Under the pieces are notes generated by a model, which was not told where the DNA came from, ran no database searches, and was given only the letters and a program-made list of their open reading frames with translations. From contig ADNK01000090.1 in NCBI GenBank assembly GCA_000320545.1, positions 28,692-92,691 on the forward strand: a stretch of 64,000 nucleotides of DNA. The letters are read 5' to 3'. Below are positions 35,719 through 48,519 of the stretch, piece after piece; the stretch's first letter is position 1; each line of letters begins with the position of its first letter. The DNA is from Bigelowiella natans CCMP2755 (lineage: Eukaryota; Protista; Cercozoa). A program made the position numbers and the translations under genes.

Positions 35719-36253
35719 TAATACACGTGTCCATATTGCGTGATCCTAACGCGCTTTCAGAGGGTTTCATACGGTTGAGATGGGCAAGACAGACCCGAAG
35801 ACAATGGAGCCGGTACGAGCACTAGCTACTTCTTAGAGGGGGCAGAGAGGAGAGGAGGGGGGTAGAGAAGGATCATCGATAAAGCCTAGCAGCATTAGTA
35901 CTAGTTGTGCTGCACCCACCTACGCACAGTGGAGAGAGAGTACATGGCCCCTTCCCCCCCCACACACACACCACCACCACATATAGAGCGCGGAGTGGCT
36001 CGAGAGACGCCTTGCCCAGCAGCAAAGATCCCCCCCCTCGTCGCCATCTCTATCACCGCCTTCTCCGAAGATCACGGTCCCTGGGAAGAGAGGGAGGGTC
36101 GCCGCAGTGGTGCTCTCCAATCCATGCAACCCAACTGGTAGTAGCAGTAGTAGTCGTAGTAGTAGTTGTTGTTGTAGTAGTAGTGGTAGTAGTAGTATAA
36201 GGTCACTGTCGCCGTTGTAGGGGAAATTACGCATAATTATTCATAATTCCAAC

Positions 36254-36300
<47 letters not shown>

Positions 36301-36891
36301 CATCAGAAGTACATAGATCGAATTCAATGCGGAAAGAGAAGTGATGCCTCTCGCAGCGCTTGGAAGCTCTCGCAATGGCTGATTTTATCGGTTTTCCGTG
36401 CCCGCTGTGATGGTACGTAGGAGTGGTCACAGACGGGAAGGTCCTCGCGCGGATATCCAGAGCATGTATAATACGCATCGTTCCCTCCCACTTCGCTGAT
36501 CCACGCCATTTTGCGACGCAAATTACGCGGCGGTTTGTGTTCCCCGACAAGGCCAGAATGCGCCTCGCGGGGGGCACATCCGATCGGTGTTTCAAGCGCG
36601 TCTGTTATTTTTCCGTTTTTTTTGCGGTCAATTCTGGGGAATCCATCCATGCACCCCCCACCTGGGCAGAATGGAAGGGACACGAGGAATTGCGACTCAC
36701 CCGCTTAACCGCCAAAAATAAAACTAGTTGAGGAAGGGATTTCCGGTGTCATTTTGGGCCCGTTGCGGGCTAGACTCCGCGACGAAAACAAACCTCTCCA
36801 TTCTCCATTGCTTTGTTGTTGGCGCGTAGGTGAAAAGGCCGGTGTTTGGCTGATTTTAGACAACACCTATGAGTAAGCAATTCTAGTTGTT

Positions 36892-36924
<33 letters not shown>

Positions 36925-38923
36925 ATGGTGGTGGTGGTAGTAGTATAGTAGTGATGGTGGTAATAATGTTATCGTGTGTAGCAGCAAGATACTTTTGAAT
37001 ATAGTTATACGCTCTCTACTCCAGGTACTTTACATACAATAAGCACTGCCCGCACGTCTGCTTGGAGGCGCCGCACATCGTGAACATATTTAGCTTCTCG
37101 AAGGTTGGGAACACTGATAGGAAGTAGAACGGGATCCTGGTTCGCATTGGGATGCACTGAAGGAGGGGGGGGGGGGACGTTTTGTGGGAACAGAAATTTT
37201 TTATGAGTCTGATTGTTCTACCGCCATGTGGGAGTTTCACGTTCTTCGCTTGTTTGCTGTCTACTGCTGTTTTCCACTCACACATAAAGGCTTTCGGAAT
37301 GATGGGATGGCGTGTTGGGTAGGCACGGGCACACCAAGATGCACATAGCACAACACACACACAAACGCACATACACGTACACATACACACACACACACAA
37401 ACAACACGCTCACACCTCACTTTCACATTCAAATCCATCCTACAAAGCACTTTGCGTGCTTGAAGCACCAATAATAGAGAAACCCCCTTCTTCCTCTTCA
37501 AATCCTCCGCCCCCCCCCTCCCCCTGTTTGCTCTGAACCATATAATATTTGTGTGCTGATGCTCAAGAGAGGTTGACCTATGACCTACATTATGTTCCCG
37601 TCAAATGCTAAAATTCGTCGTCGTCGCTGCTTTCAGCTACATAGCCTACCACCGCTCCCTAAGGAACTCCCTACTAAAAGCCCAGGACACCATTCCTATC
37701 TGCCCGACACAAATTAGGTATGCACAGCACAGGGATAGTTGAAAAGAGAGTTAGGATTGGGACGGGGGGGGAGGGGGGGTCAATTTTAGATGTAGTAGGT
37801 TGACCGTTCATCGCCGTGAAATGCAGCGTTCTCTAATGTGACAGTGAGAAAATGGCTCTGGGAGCGCTGGAGGCAGGTGTGTTGCGATGCTTCCTCAACC
37901 CCACCCTCCCCCCCCTTTGGAGTATGCTTAGAGTGGAAGATGATGATGATGAGCAGGAGGCCTTTTTTATCCGATGTTCTCCCGGGCTAAAATTGCTTTA
38001 TTTTTCTTGAAGCCAACGGCGAGTTTTTTGGTCTCTTGCAGCACGGCCCCGGCCTCTTACATACTAGCACTTTGTCAGAGCATATAATATATACATATGC
38101 GTGAGTGTGTGTGTGTGTGTGTGTAGTATATCAATATGTACATACGTCCGCTCTGCTGTGTTTTGGAAAGCTTTCTTCTGGTTCCGAAAACCCATCGCAT
38201 GCGATTGATTTTAGCATGTTTTATCGACACCGTGGCGGGGGTAATTCGTTCGTTTCCCTTGTGTGTTGCCAATACGCTGCTAGGGAGAGAGTGGGTGCTT
38301 TCTAAGCTGCCGTCTTTGGGTAATAGCTAGCATATTGCATCGGATATTCCCTTCCTAAATAGCACCTTTCACCTACGTATTTCTCTCTCGCCTTCTCCCC
38401 CCCCCCCCCTCTCCTAATTTTATCTATGTGGGTGGCTATTCATGTTGTCGTAGTGAGGAATCGTGATTTGCTGCTTGAGGCGTTGAAGCCGCTACGCGTG
38501 ATCGGGGGCCAGGTGGTTGCCATGTTACAACCTGCGAGCGTGTGCAGAGGCGCACGGATGTATCTGATTTTGAATTTTATTAATCTGTGGGTAATGCGAA
38601 CTAAGGGCGCTATTTACCTATTCGTGGAGCTCCCGGAGAAATATAGGAACCATGATATGAAGGCAAGAAACTGCGCACACACACATACACAGCACGCCCA
38701 CAACAGCACGTCGTACATAAGCGGCCAGATGAACTTCCTACTAACGATATTCGCTTCCTCCAGCCTCCTGACCCCTCCCCCTCCCCCCCAATCTCTGGCC
38801 TTTGGTGTACATATTGTGACTAGGTCGTAAAATGGGTTGCGAACACTCACAAAGTAGGGCACCGAACACCGAGAATCCACATGCCTTTTTCATTCCGCAA
38901 TCTGGCGCGAAAATAATCACACA

Positions 38924-38970
<47 letters not shown>

Positions 38971-39296
38971 GGGGGGGGCGGGGGAGCGATGTAAATATAA
39001 GCAGTAGAACATATATACACATACAGCATTTCCGTGCGGAACATCTTCTGATGGGGTCCGTCTCGAAATGGTTGTTTTTTAGGTCGGGTTGATCCCTGGA
39101 AGTAGCTGTGGAGCCCCTGGATATGTGCGCGTGGCCTTCGCGAATATGGTGACCCACGTGTTCCTCTCTCTCTATATTCTACCGTCAAATATTTTCGTTT
39201 GTTTATTTTCGCTTTTGTGAAACTAAGGTCGGGCCCGACATGCAACGAGCCGCCGCGAGGCTTAAGAAAGCGGTATTGGGGACGAATGTAGTATAA
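34107..39296 (+). CDS. Class I/II PLP-dependent aminotransferase (plant ISS1/VAS1-like) with N-terminal hydrophobic segment
   Basis: About 17 exons give TDAPCIVTMQ, LSQGIVHWK|PP, YGNDEG, VMVTCGANQAF, PYYFNHLMA, VVLSNPCNPTG, WLILDNTYE, NIFSFSK|AFGMMGWRVG (PLP lysine), QDTIPIC, GAIYLF and IPGSSCGAPGYVRVAF. The last exon is uncertain. Confidence 0.9.
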
Positions 39297-40330
39297 CCTG
39301 CTAGCGCACATTTCTCGCATATTAGCATTAGTGCAAATACAGCGAGAGTTCCATCTGGACTGTTACTTCGCTATCGATTGTCGATTCCTTTGTTTGGCGT
39401 GGCTCTGCACCTTAGATGTTGCTTCCTTTAGGTGGCGCAGTTGGTTGATCCCAAAGAATCTCCGACATTTTGAGTCCCGGCACGTCTTTTTTTTTGGATT
39501 TGTTTACCGATCTCCTGTACTCCTCCGGAGTAAGGAAACTCAGCTACTGCTGCTGCTGCTGCTGCTGCTGCGGCTGCGAGTCGCATGATGTTCTCATTAG
39601 GCTTCAAACTTTGGATAATCGTAATATGAAGCTTCCGCCGCGATATGTGTTCACTCTCCCACAACTGTTATGTTGTACATATTCCTGCGTGGTCTCCATG
39701 TCAATGCATCATTTTTAGATGTTGACGCGCTGCATTCCGGCGTCACATGCACAGACAGTCCGTGGCCATTTTTTCTCGGTTGCATGCGCGCACACATGAA
39801 ATGGCTAAGTCGCCTTGATCTGAACGCTATGGGGACTTGGCGCTGTGTTAGCCATGTGTGCAATTAGAGACGCGCTCGCAGATGCAGCTTAGCTAGGCTA
39901 CAAGTCATAGCTACATTGCTCATTGCGTCTTTGGCGCTATTTCTGCAGATGAAAGGTGACAGAATACAATATGCCCGCAAAAGTATTCGAGATTATGCAG
40001 CATGTAATTCGCGTCACAGCTCAGTTCTATGCAAGCCACGCTGCGAGCAAGCTAGATTGGTAGGAAATCTAAATGATGCAGCATCGCAGTGTGTGCACAC
40101 CATGCCTACGAGGCATTCGATACTTATTCTGTTATTTACTTGTTAGTTTTTAGAACATGTAGCCATATGTGACCTTACAGGTGGATGATCGATCTCACGA
40201 TGAAAGCGGTGCATAGACGACAAATCCTTCAACGAAATAAATACGCTGCGCACCGCACCGTTCTCTAACCTACCGATGGATGAAGCTCATTTCGCGTCGC
40301 GCCCGCCCGCTCGAGCCAACCACTAAACCT

Positions 40331-40840
40331 TCAGATTTTGCCGTGGGAGAGCGCGTCGATAGCAAAGCGGATCTGCTTCATGTGAAGACCGGTCTGCGTG
40401 GCGTAGTCCAACCCCGTTTCACCGTAGGCGTCCCAGCATGCCTTTGTGCCCGTATTACCCCAATCGGGGTGCGCAGAGCCTAGTCGGGGGTTCGCTGGAT
40501 TTATAGGGTACAGCACCACGATTTTGTTGGTAGCCGCCCACACGTGGAAGTTGCTCGTTAAGAGTCTCGCGTCCTTGCGCGCGTATCCCATCTCGTCGAG
40601 GGGGTTGTGCGGCGCGTCGTGGCAGCCGTAAAGGTGGACGTGCAGGCGGCAGCGCGCGCCCTTCCTGCATTCCCGAGGAATGAAGGCGTAGAAGGTGTTG
40701 TCCTGCCCCGTGTACCCGTGACGTGCCGGTACCTCAACTCGGGCGTGGAGGTGATACTGTGATAGCCAATCCGTCGGTATCTTGGTCTGGAATGGAATGG
40801 GGAGGGGGGGTGAGGGAGTGGTATCAGCGGAAATGAAAAC

Positions 40841-40881
<41 letters not shown>

Positions 40882-41918
40882 GGGGAGGTGAAGGTGAGAA
40901 CGAGGGGAGGGGTTTATGCGTATGTGAAGGCTTGTGCAGGGCTATGGGCTGATATCAACTGGTAGTTCGTTCGTGTGAATGGAAGTGATGATAGATAGTG
41001 GGAGAATAGGGGGTGTACATGTAGCAGCAGCAGCAGCAGTAGTAGTGGCAGTAGTAGTAGTACTAACAGCAAACAGCAGCAGCATGGTACCAGCATAAGC
41101 AGTTATAGCGATGGTTGTTTTAAAATGTCGATGCTTCTATCGATGAGCAGGATAAGATATAGTACCTGATACCATGCATTCCACACGAAAGGGTCCTTGA
41201 GCCTCTTACCACCGCCACCATTACCACCACCATGGTCATCGTCGTACATCCAACGCATACACTCCCTGCCCCGTCCATTGGCGGGCCCTCGCATGGGCGG
41301 TTTTGATGTGCCCACGCCGTATCGAGAGACTCGCCGTTGAATGTATTGCCGCGGCACATCCAAGGCATGGGCGTTGCGTGGCCGATCCTGATATAGTCGT
41401 TCAGCTTTAGCTGTCTTCCAGGGTTTCGAGCCCAGCGCTCGAACAGCTGCAGCGAGTTTTTGCACACACCCTTGCGATGAGAGCTGTCATATTGCCCCCT
41501 GAAGCCGTAGGCGCGAGCTCCCGGTAGGTTCTGATCCGCATCATCAATGCATCCAGGAATCTGATCGTGCCACGAACGGTTTTGCGCGCAAACCGGCGTA
41601 GCACGCACCACCTGCTCCAGCTCTCCGACTTTCACCGCAGATGGGAAGAACTTACAGTGATCGTACCTCAGTGTCAGGTTCGCACCGCACACCGCGCCGC
41701 TCGCGTCTACGCAATGGGGGACCGCCATACCGACATCGTATGGGGCCGCGCAGTCGTACGCCTCACAGCTCTCGTTTCTCCGAACGAGGGTCTCGTTGCT
41801 GAAGTGCGTAATCGCACATCGGTACGGCTGGCCCGTGAAGCCGCACGACCCCGACACGATGCGGGAGTAGGCAACGTGGAACTGAACCTGCATATTTTTA
41901 TTATCATTATTATTAATA

Positions 41919-41954
<36 letters not shown>

Positions 41955-43007
41955 GTCATTGTTGTTCAGATCCAAGGATTTGAATATGATAATGACCGAT
42001 TTTCTGTTTCCTTACAAATCGGAATAAGGCCGGTTCAGAGAATGTGATTATAATCATTGATGGGCAGAGCAGGCAGGCGAGGCTCACACAAGGCCTTACA
42101 CCCCCCCTAACCTTCCACACATCTGCTACTACTATCGTTGCTCTTTGCCCGAAAACAAAAATCAGCACTTAACTGCCATGTCGCCGCCAGCTGAAGAGCC
42201 GCTGATGGTAAGCGTTGGCTCGAGATCGAGATGGGGTATGGTGTCAAGGTTTACGATACACGATCTTCCTTCAAGAAGGGCAACAACGCTGTACCATACT
42301 ACAGACGCCAGGAGCCAGTAAAACAGCACTATCCCGACAGCTGAAGTCATGCTGACACACGGCCACATCGCTTTGCGGAACGAGCAGTGCTCTTTCTCTG
42401 CACGCTGATCCTCCGCTGCCCCTCCGATTTTCTCTTCCTCTTCGTTGAGGATGCCATCCTTTGAATCGGCCTCACAGTCCGGGTCCAACCCCCTAGGCGA
42501 CGATGGCGTTGACATCTCCATCATCGACACCCCGTCCACCGTCGAGGAGGCTTCGGAGTTGTTCAGCCCGTTTGGATTTCCCGACGCGCTGCCTAGGTGA
42601 GAGTAGCGGGCTCTTCGGTGAAGGAGGTTCTGGTAAAGTGTGCCAAAATGGTCGCAAATTTGGCGGTAGATACCCGGGTCGTCGTGCCGTAGATAGCGTG
42701 CCTGTGCAAAACCTACAAGGAACACAAACGCCAAGACTTCCAGCGACTCTTTCAACATCTGGTTCACGAGTATCCCAGTGGCGCATTCAAATTGCGCAGC
42801 TGTATAACCCATAGTCATCGCCACGATCGTCGTAAGAGCGTGATAAATGAGTACCCTCCACAACGGAGTGGCATTTTCGTTACCCACGCGCTTTGGATGG
42901 CAGCACCTCACGATAACTCGTAGCGTGGTAGTCACGATGAAAAGGCAGGCCAAGGTCACCACCCCGGCAATAGGGTTATCCACCGCCTCCCATGTCAGGT
43001 AGAACAT
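40331..43007 (-). CDS. Multi-pass membrane protein fused to a C-terminal poly(3-hydroxybutyrate) depolymerase (PhaZ-like esterase) domain
   Basis: Exon 43007-42174 has 3-4 hydrophobic helices and ends TISGSSAGGDMA. It joins in phase 0 to VQFHVAYS..GQPYRCA (exon 41887-41166, also containing GQYDS, IGHATP and MDGAG). The last exon (40756-40331) gives YAFIPRECRKGARCRLHVHLYGC..WAATNKIVVLYP..CWDAYG..YATQTGLHMKQI. One base appears to be missing at ~41265. The 5' end may extend to a signal-peptide-like exon at ~43488. Confidence 0.8.
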
Positions 43008-43554
43008 GGCGCCGGAGACCTTCTCCTCCACTCCGAGCACCGAATCTGAAGAGTTTCACCTGGACCCTTTACAATCTGAATAAGCGAAATTATCATTTCA
43101 AGATGCACAAAAACAAGGGCATTTCTAAAATATATCAGACAAAGGCCGACATTAATTTCAAAAGCGACCGCGAGGGCAGGCTTCCTTACTTTCTTCCGAA
43201 ATATCTTGGAGTAATAAAAGTATACATGAAACAACACATATAACAGCTTCTTAATCCCTAAACTACTACTTCTAATCTAGATAAAATTTAATGCCATTAA
43301 CTTCAATTGAGTAAAAGAGTTTCTACAGGTTTAGAAGTCCCATACCACCTTCAATACGATTTAAATTCTGTTAAGCGTGAAAGTCTAGAAATTATTGGCC
43401 GAATTTCGAAACTTTCGCAACATCCGTTATCATGAGACAACATCCACAACAACAAACTAACTTGCACAACCAGACGGAAGGCACGCATTGCACGCGGGAT
43501 AGCCGAGGGAGAGCGAGAACGCTCCCCAGCCCCCACACCCTAATCGGTTAACAA

Positions 43555-43868
43555 ATGATCGGGTCAAAGTCGTGGTTTCTTCTCACCGTAGCTTTGTGGT
43601 CGATTTTGTCTTCATCGTCCCCGGCCGAGTTCTCGCTCACTGAAATTGATGGCGTGCCTTACGAGAGCTTGCCCGGCTTAGTAAGTAGGCAGTTCTGTTC
43701 CGACTACATCGCCCGTGCATTGAAGGAGGCCTGGGATACAACGAACGACAGCGTGGATCGCCTTCCGCAGTTCACGATTGACGTCTTTGACCACGGGCGA
43801 GTCGAGAACCCCAATGTATGTGCGTGCAGCAGCCGAACAAGAGTTTTGTGGAAACATAGTGATGGGAA

Positions 43869-43913
<45 letters not shown>

Positions 43914-44058
43914 ATGTTTTAAAAGAATATGGTAATTATTGTTTTTTTTTCCGCAGCTTTGGAACTTGCTGAGACCCAAGTTGGGATCCATCGAAGAAAG
44001 ATTACGTAAAAGGTCGCTCGCCGGCAGTCGTGTGATGTGCATGTATATATGTACATGG

Positions 44059-44109
<51 letters not shown>

Positions 44110-45027
44110 CGCTCGCTCGCTCTCCGCCCCCTTACTTCTTTCTGAGTTGATAGTTATTCATCAGATTTCCTGGTCAAGCTAAGTCGCTAGACTGGGTATT
44201 CCTTCGCAAATACGCCGAAGGAGAACGAACAAAGCTTCAGGTTAGGAGCATGTAGACGTTGCCGTGTGAAACCATGCTGCGGTTACTCAACAGCGGCTTT
44301 GTCTGATAAAACTTCTAGTTTATTCCCATCTACCTCATCATCATCCTGCCCCCCCACCCTTCTGCCAAAGGCCCATAAGGACGTAAGCACACTATCCGTC
44401 ATCGTTCCTCTGAACGTGGACTATGAAGGGGGAGAGCTGTATTTTATCCGGAAGAATTCGTCGCTTCACGCTTTAGATACACCCGAGGTCTGCTGCATGC
44501 ATGTAACAACCTCGATCATCACGAAGCAGCATACGCGCCAAACTACGTGAAGGCACCATGCACAAGAGTGACGGGCCTGACATTCGTTTTGCTATTTTTG
44601 CAGATGCCGACGGGGGCTGCCAGAAACTCTTCGGACTTTTATTTCCCTTACCTGCAGCCTGGTTGGTTATAGGCGGGGAAACGATGAGACATTCGCACGC
44701 ACTCACACCCTCCTTCGTAGTGTTTTACGGGAATAGGGATGTTGTATGCGGGGAGAGGATACCTGTGTTGCTGTGACTGAGACCTCATAGAACTTGAGGC
44801 GTGTCTCAGGCCAGCTTTCTCGTGAATACCATTAGTTTATAATAGTGACGATTTTCCCGAACGGAGAATTAATGGAACGTGAATGGGAAATAGGAGTATG
44901 TTTCTCTTCTTCTTTCTCTCCCCCTCCTCCCCATGCGGCAGTAGTCTTAGGAATAATGGTGCGAATATTCAGGGTCCGCATCCTTGTACGACAACTCCGT
45001 CTATCATGGCATTCGAACGGTCACGAG
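43555..45027 (+). CDS. Secreted 2-oxoglutarate/Fe(II)-dependent dioxygenase (prolyl-hydroxylase-like fold); 3' end unresolved
   Basis: Signal peptide MIGSKSWFLLTVALWSILSSS. Exons give WVFLRKY..GERTKLQ|AHKDVSTLSVIVPLNVDYEGGELYF (HxD at 44374-44382) and GSASLYDNSVYHGIRTVT (distal His at 45005). Confidence 0.7.
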
Positions 45028-45229
45028 GTCGCCACATGCACACCCCAACGAATGTTTGCACTGCAGAGATATTTTTTAATGACTCGAGCTCCTGTTGCGG
45101 CGTTCGGTCGTTTTTTATGGGTGATTTCCGGGGGTTTCTGTTGTCCAACATCCTCCCTGGAGAGTTCTATTGTAAGCGCCCGGGGTGGGGGGCTTGTTGC
45201 GGGGGGGAAACGCTCGGGACCTTGATACG

Positions 45230-46658
45230 CTAGCCTTCTTGATACGCTAGCCTTCGACTGTAGAGCAGCCATTGGTGGTGCTTTTGTGGCTGCGTTTTTC
45301 TCATTTGATATTCATCTTGTTGGTGAACACGCTTCTCTTCTCGAACGACACGCACATCACCGCAGGGGGGCGAAGTTTTCGCTGGTGTTGTTCTACGATA
45401 TGCCGGCAATAGACGGGTAAAAAATGTTCCTGCCCCTCGCAAGATAGTATTTAGACGAATCAGCGGAGTTTCTCTGAGACTCTCCTTCCTTCCTTCCTTG
45501 CTTGCTTGCTTCCTCAGCGTGATTGAGTCCTCGGCGACCTTCATAAATCTGCGGTACATCGCCCGCCGCAACATGATATGATGATGGAACACAATGAGAA
45601 AACATAGCAGAGAGAGGTCGAAAAGCTTTCTGGGGTTTGGCGGCGAGAAGACCAATGATTCGGCTTGATTGGCTCTGCCGCACGACGAAGATCATCGGCG
45701 ATTTTAGCCAATATCCGAAAACAATTGTTAGAAAAAGCTTCTTTTGCAAGACTCGATCGTTGGATAGTTAATCCCTCTTACTCATCCGCGTCTCTTCTCC
45801 CCCCCCGCCCTGTTTTCCTTTATCCTTCTCCTTCTCACATGGGTCTTTGCGCGTACAGCGATGCTAGTTGTCACCTCTTCTTCAACGCCGAGTTTGACGA
45901 ACCTTATGCTGAGAAGAAAAACTGGAAGTATGGAAACATGCCTGGCACGACACAATAATAGCAACAACGACAACAACAACAACTACAACATAAACGCCCC
46001 CACCCCCCCCCCCTCTCTCTCTCTAGCCTTCTGTTTCTGTCTCTTTGTTTGATCAATCAATTTCTTAGAGAGAGAGAAGGAGGGAGAAGAGGAAATAGAA
46101 AAATATTTAGAGGGGAAAACAGGAGAGAAGAAAGACGGAAGAGGACGAATTATGCTATGATGAAAACACGCGCCGATGAAAGAATTTTATTAAGTTGAAA
46201 ATGGTGGCTAATATCTAGTCCTGGAGAAGCGATTCGGATAGACACATTCGTCGGCCATAATTTCTTCATCACTGATGCGTAATTCTTCAGTAGAAGTCGA
46301 GGGGGGAGAGAGGCATGAGGGATTTTGAGGGAAGGAGGAGGAGAGCAGGAACGAGAGAGGGGGGGGGTGGGAGAGAGAGAGAGAATAAGGCAAAGAGGGA
46401 GGGGGTAAACGTGCACTGATTTGGATATGTCGCCATCGTTCGTTGCTCAGGAAAACAGAGCGAAAGATCCACGACATTAAGATTAAAGGTCAGCAGCCTA
46501 CCCAACGATGTAGCGCATAATACTACTGCACTGATTCCTCCTGTATTCGAATCCACACGCATGCACAACGCACTCGTGCAGTTACCAGTCACAGCAAACA
46601 GGTGGTGACATTGCGCCGTTATTCTCGCGGCGGTGCATGGTGTTATTTGTACAGACAA
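45230..46658 (-). CDS. Possible multi-exon hypothetical protein
   Basis: Several protein-like minus-strand segments bounded by AG/GT (e.g. NYASVMKKLWPTNVSIRIASPGLDISHH; HVSILPVFLLSIRFVKLGVEEEVTTSIAVRAKTH). No recognisable domain, and boundaries are uncertain. Confidence 0.3.
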
Positions 46659-47051
46659 ATCCCCTCATTTATACGTCGTTCGGGAGCAAAACGTCGAAGT
46701 GCTGCCGGTTGACTCTGAGAAAGCTATTCGCATATTAAGCGTGCCAGGCGAAAAGATGCCCGGCAGTGGCAGTTCGGCCACGAGTACTGCACGCGATGAA
46801 CTCTAACAGAGCTTGCATTGCCTACGCGTACGTTGATAGTCTAATGTGTTATTTAGAAAGAAGAATGATGTAGATGTAGAGATATTCCCCAGCTTGTGTG
46901 TGGGCATGAAACGTTGTTGCTGACAAGCGGTTAACAAGCGTGCGATGATCAGAAGCTTTACTACTACGCGGCGGTAGTCTCATATAGTTCATGTGCTGAT
47001 TAGCGTCTTTGTCGTAATCGAAGCTTTGCTATCGTGCTCTGCATGCGCATG

Positions 47052-47164
47052 TGAGACGGATGTAATGAAATGTTTAAATTGTTTCAATGGTCATCCTAAT
47101 GTAGCTGTGCAATGCAGCGGCTACAGCGCTTAAATTGTATCTGTTTGTTTCCTTGGTCACATGC
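47052..47164. repeat. Dispersed repeat, copy 2 (other copy 31121-31233)
   Basis: See copy 1; same orientation. Confidence 0.85.
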
Positions 47165-47650
47165 GCATGTAGACTTTGTGTATTGCAGGTGCTGCCTTTC
47201 TTGGTGTACCACCACACTCGTCGATCGATTAGACATAAGTGTGCGCACGCATACGGTAAAATAAACTGTGCAATATAAGCTAACGGAGTATGATTATACG
47301 CAAAATGGGCACATGCACTATATTCACAGTGCCATCCATGCATGCCTGTTGTAAGCAATTAGCAACCATAAACTTCGATGAAGTGCTACATCTAATAATA
47401 TAAACAAATTCGTAAAGGCCTATAAAACGTACTACGACTACCGTAGCACATCTAGATATTTGTGACATTCAGAACATACTCATTGGCACTATGATCTCCC
47501 CAACGACTGACATTCATTCGTGGGCGTGGTTACCTCCTATTTTTTATGTCGCAGTACCCGACGTGTCACAGCCCCATTCTCACCGAGAGAAAAGACGCGA
47601 ACATCGGAAGAGACGAAATTTTAACTTATAACTCTTTGCTGCTATGGTTG

Positions 47651-48182
47651 CTATCTGGCCGTTTTGCCCTTATTTGCCTTCTCGGTCGTCCCTCCCTTCT
47701 TCCCTAAACCGAGCGCAGCTTTGAAGCAATCATAAGCTGTGAATTGGATCGCTGCTCCGGGTATGCACCTATACGCATATTTCATAAGAATCGTCAGGGA
47801 GGGAAAATACAGTTTAAGTTATCCCGCTGTATGCATACAATGGCAGCCGTTTTAAAATCATCAATACTTCGTTGCGGGCTTTCTATATTCTCTTGACATT
47901 GCTAATTTCTCTGACGAATCCTCTTGAATCACTGTAGGCTCTCGCTACACGGTCACCATCATGATCATGATCATCATCATCATCATCATCTCCTTATCGC
48001 TCTCGTCCTAGTTTGCCGTAGTTTCATGACCGAAGTGCGTTGGCGCCAATGCCCCTGTAGAGTCCCATGACGCCTTCTGTGGCCAGAATGCTTTGAAAGC
48101 AATGGAAGAAGTTGCGGTAAACCTGTAGGGCACAATTACAAGAATAAGAATACATCGACCCACTTAGCTGCACACTCTAACA

Positions 48183-48261
<79 letters not shown>

Positions 48262-48475
48262 GTAGAGGTGTTTCCCCACCTTCTTAGCGCCATCAATGCC
48301 ATCGACTTGCATTCGCCTCCGCATCGTGTCCCCGGGGTAAACTGCGCCACAATGTATCATCATCACTGCTCAGTAGTCTCCCTTTGTGCACACAAACACT
48401 GAATTCCAGTATGATTGGCCAGTTGGCGGGGTTAAGATGTGCAAGGTTAAAAGGGCTATATATATATATTACATA

Positions 48476-48519
<44 letters not shown>

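Noticed and set aside
36324-36683. 119-aa antisense ORF largely inside an aminotransferase intron (possible nested gene or snoRNA host)
   Set aside because: No recognisable domain, it overlaps a host exon, and no C/D or H/ACA boxes were found.
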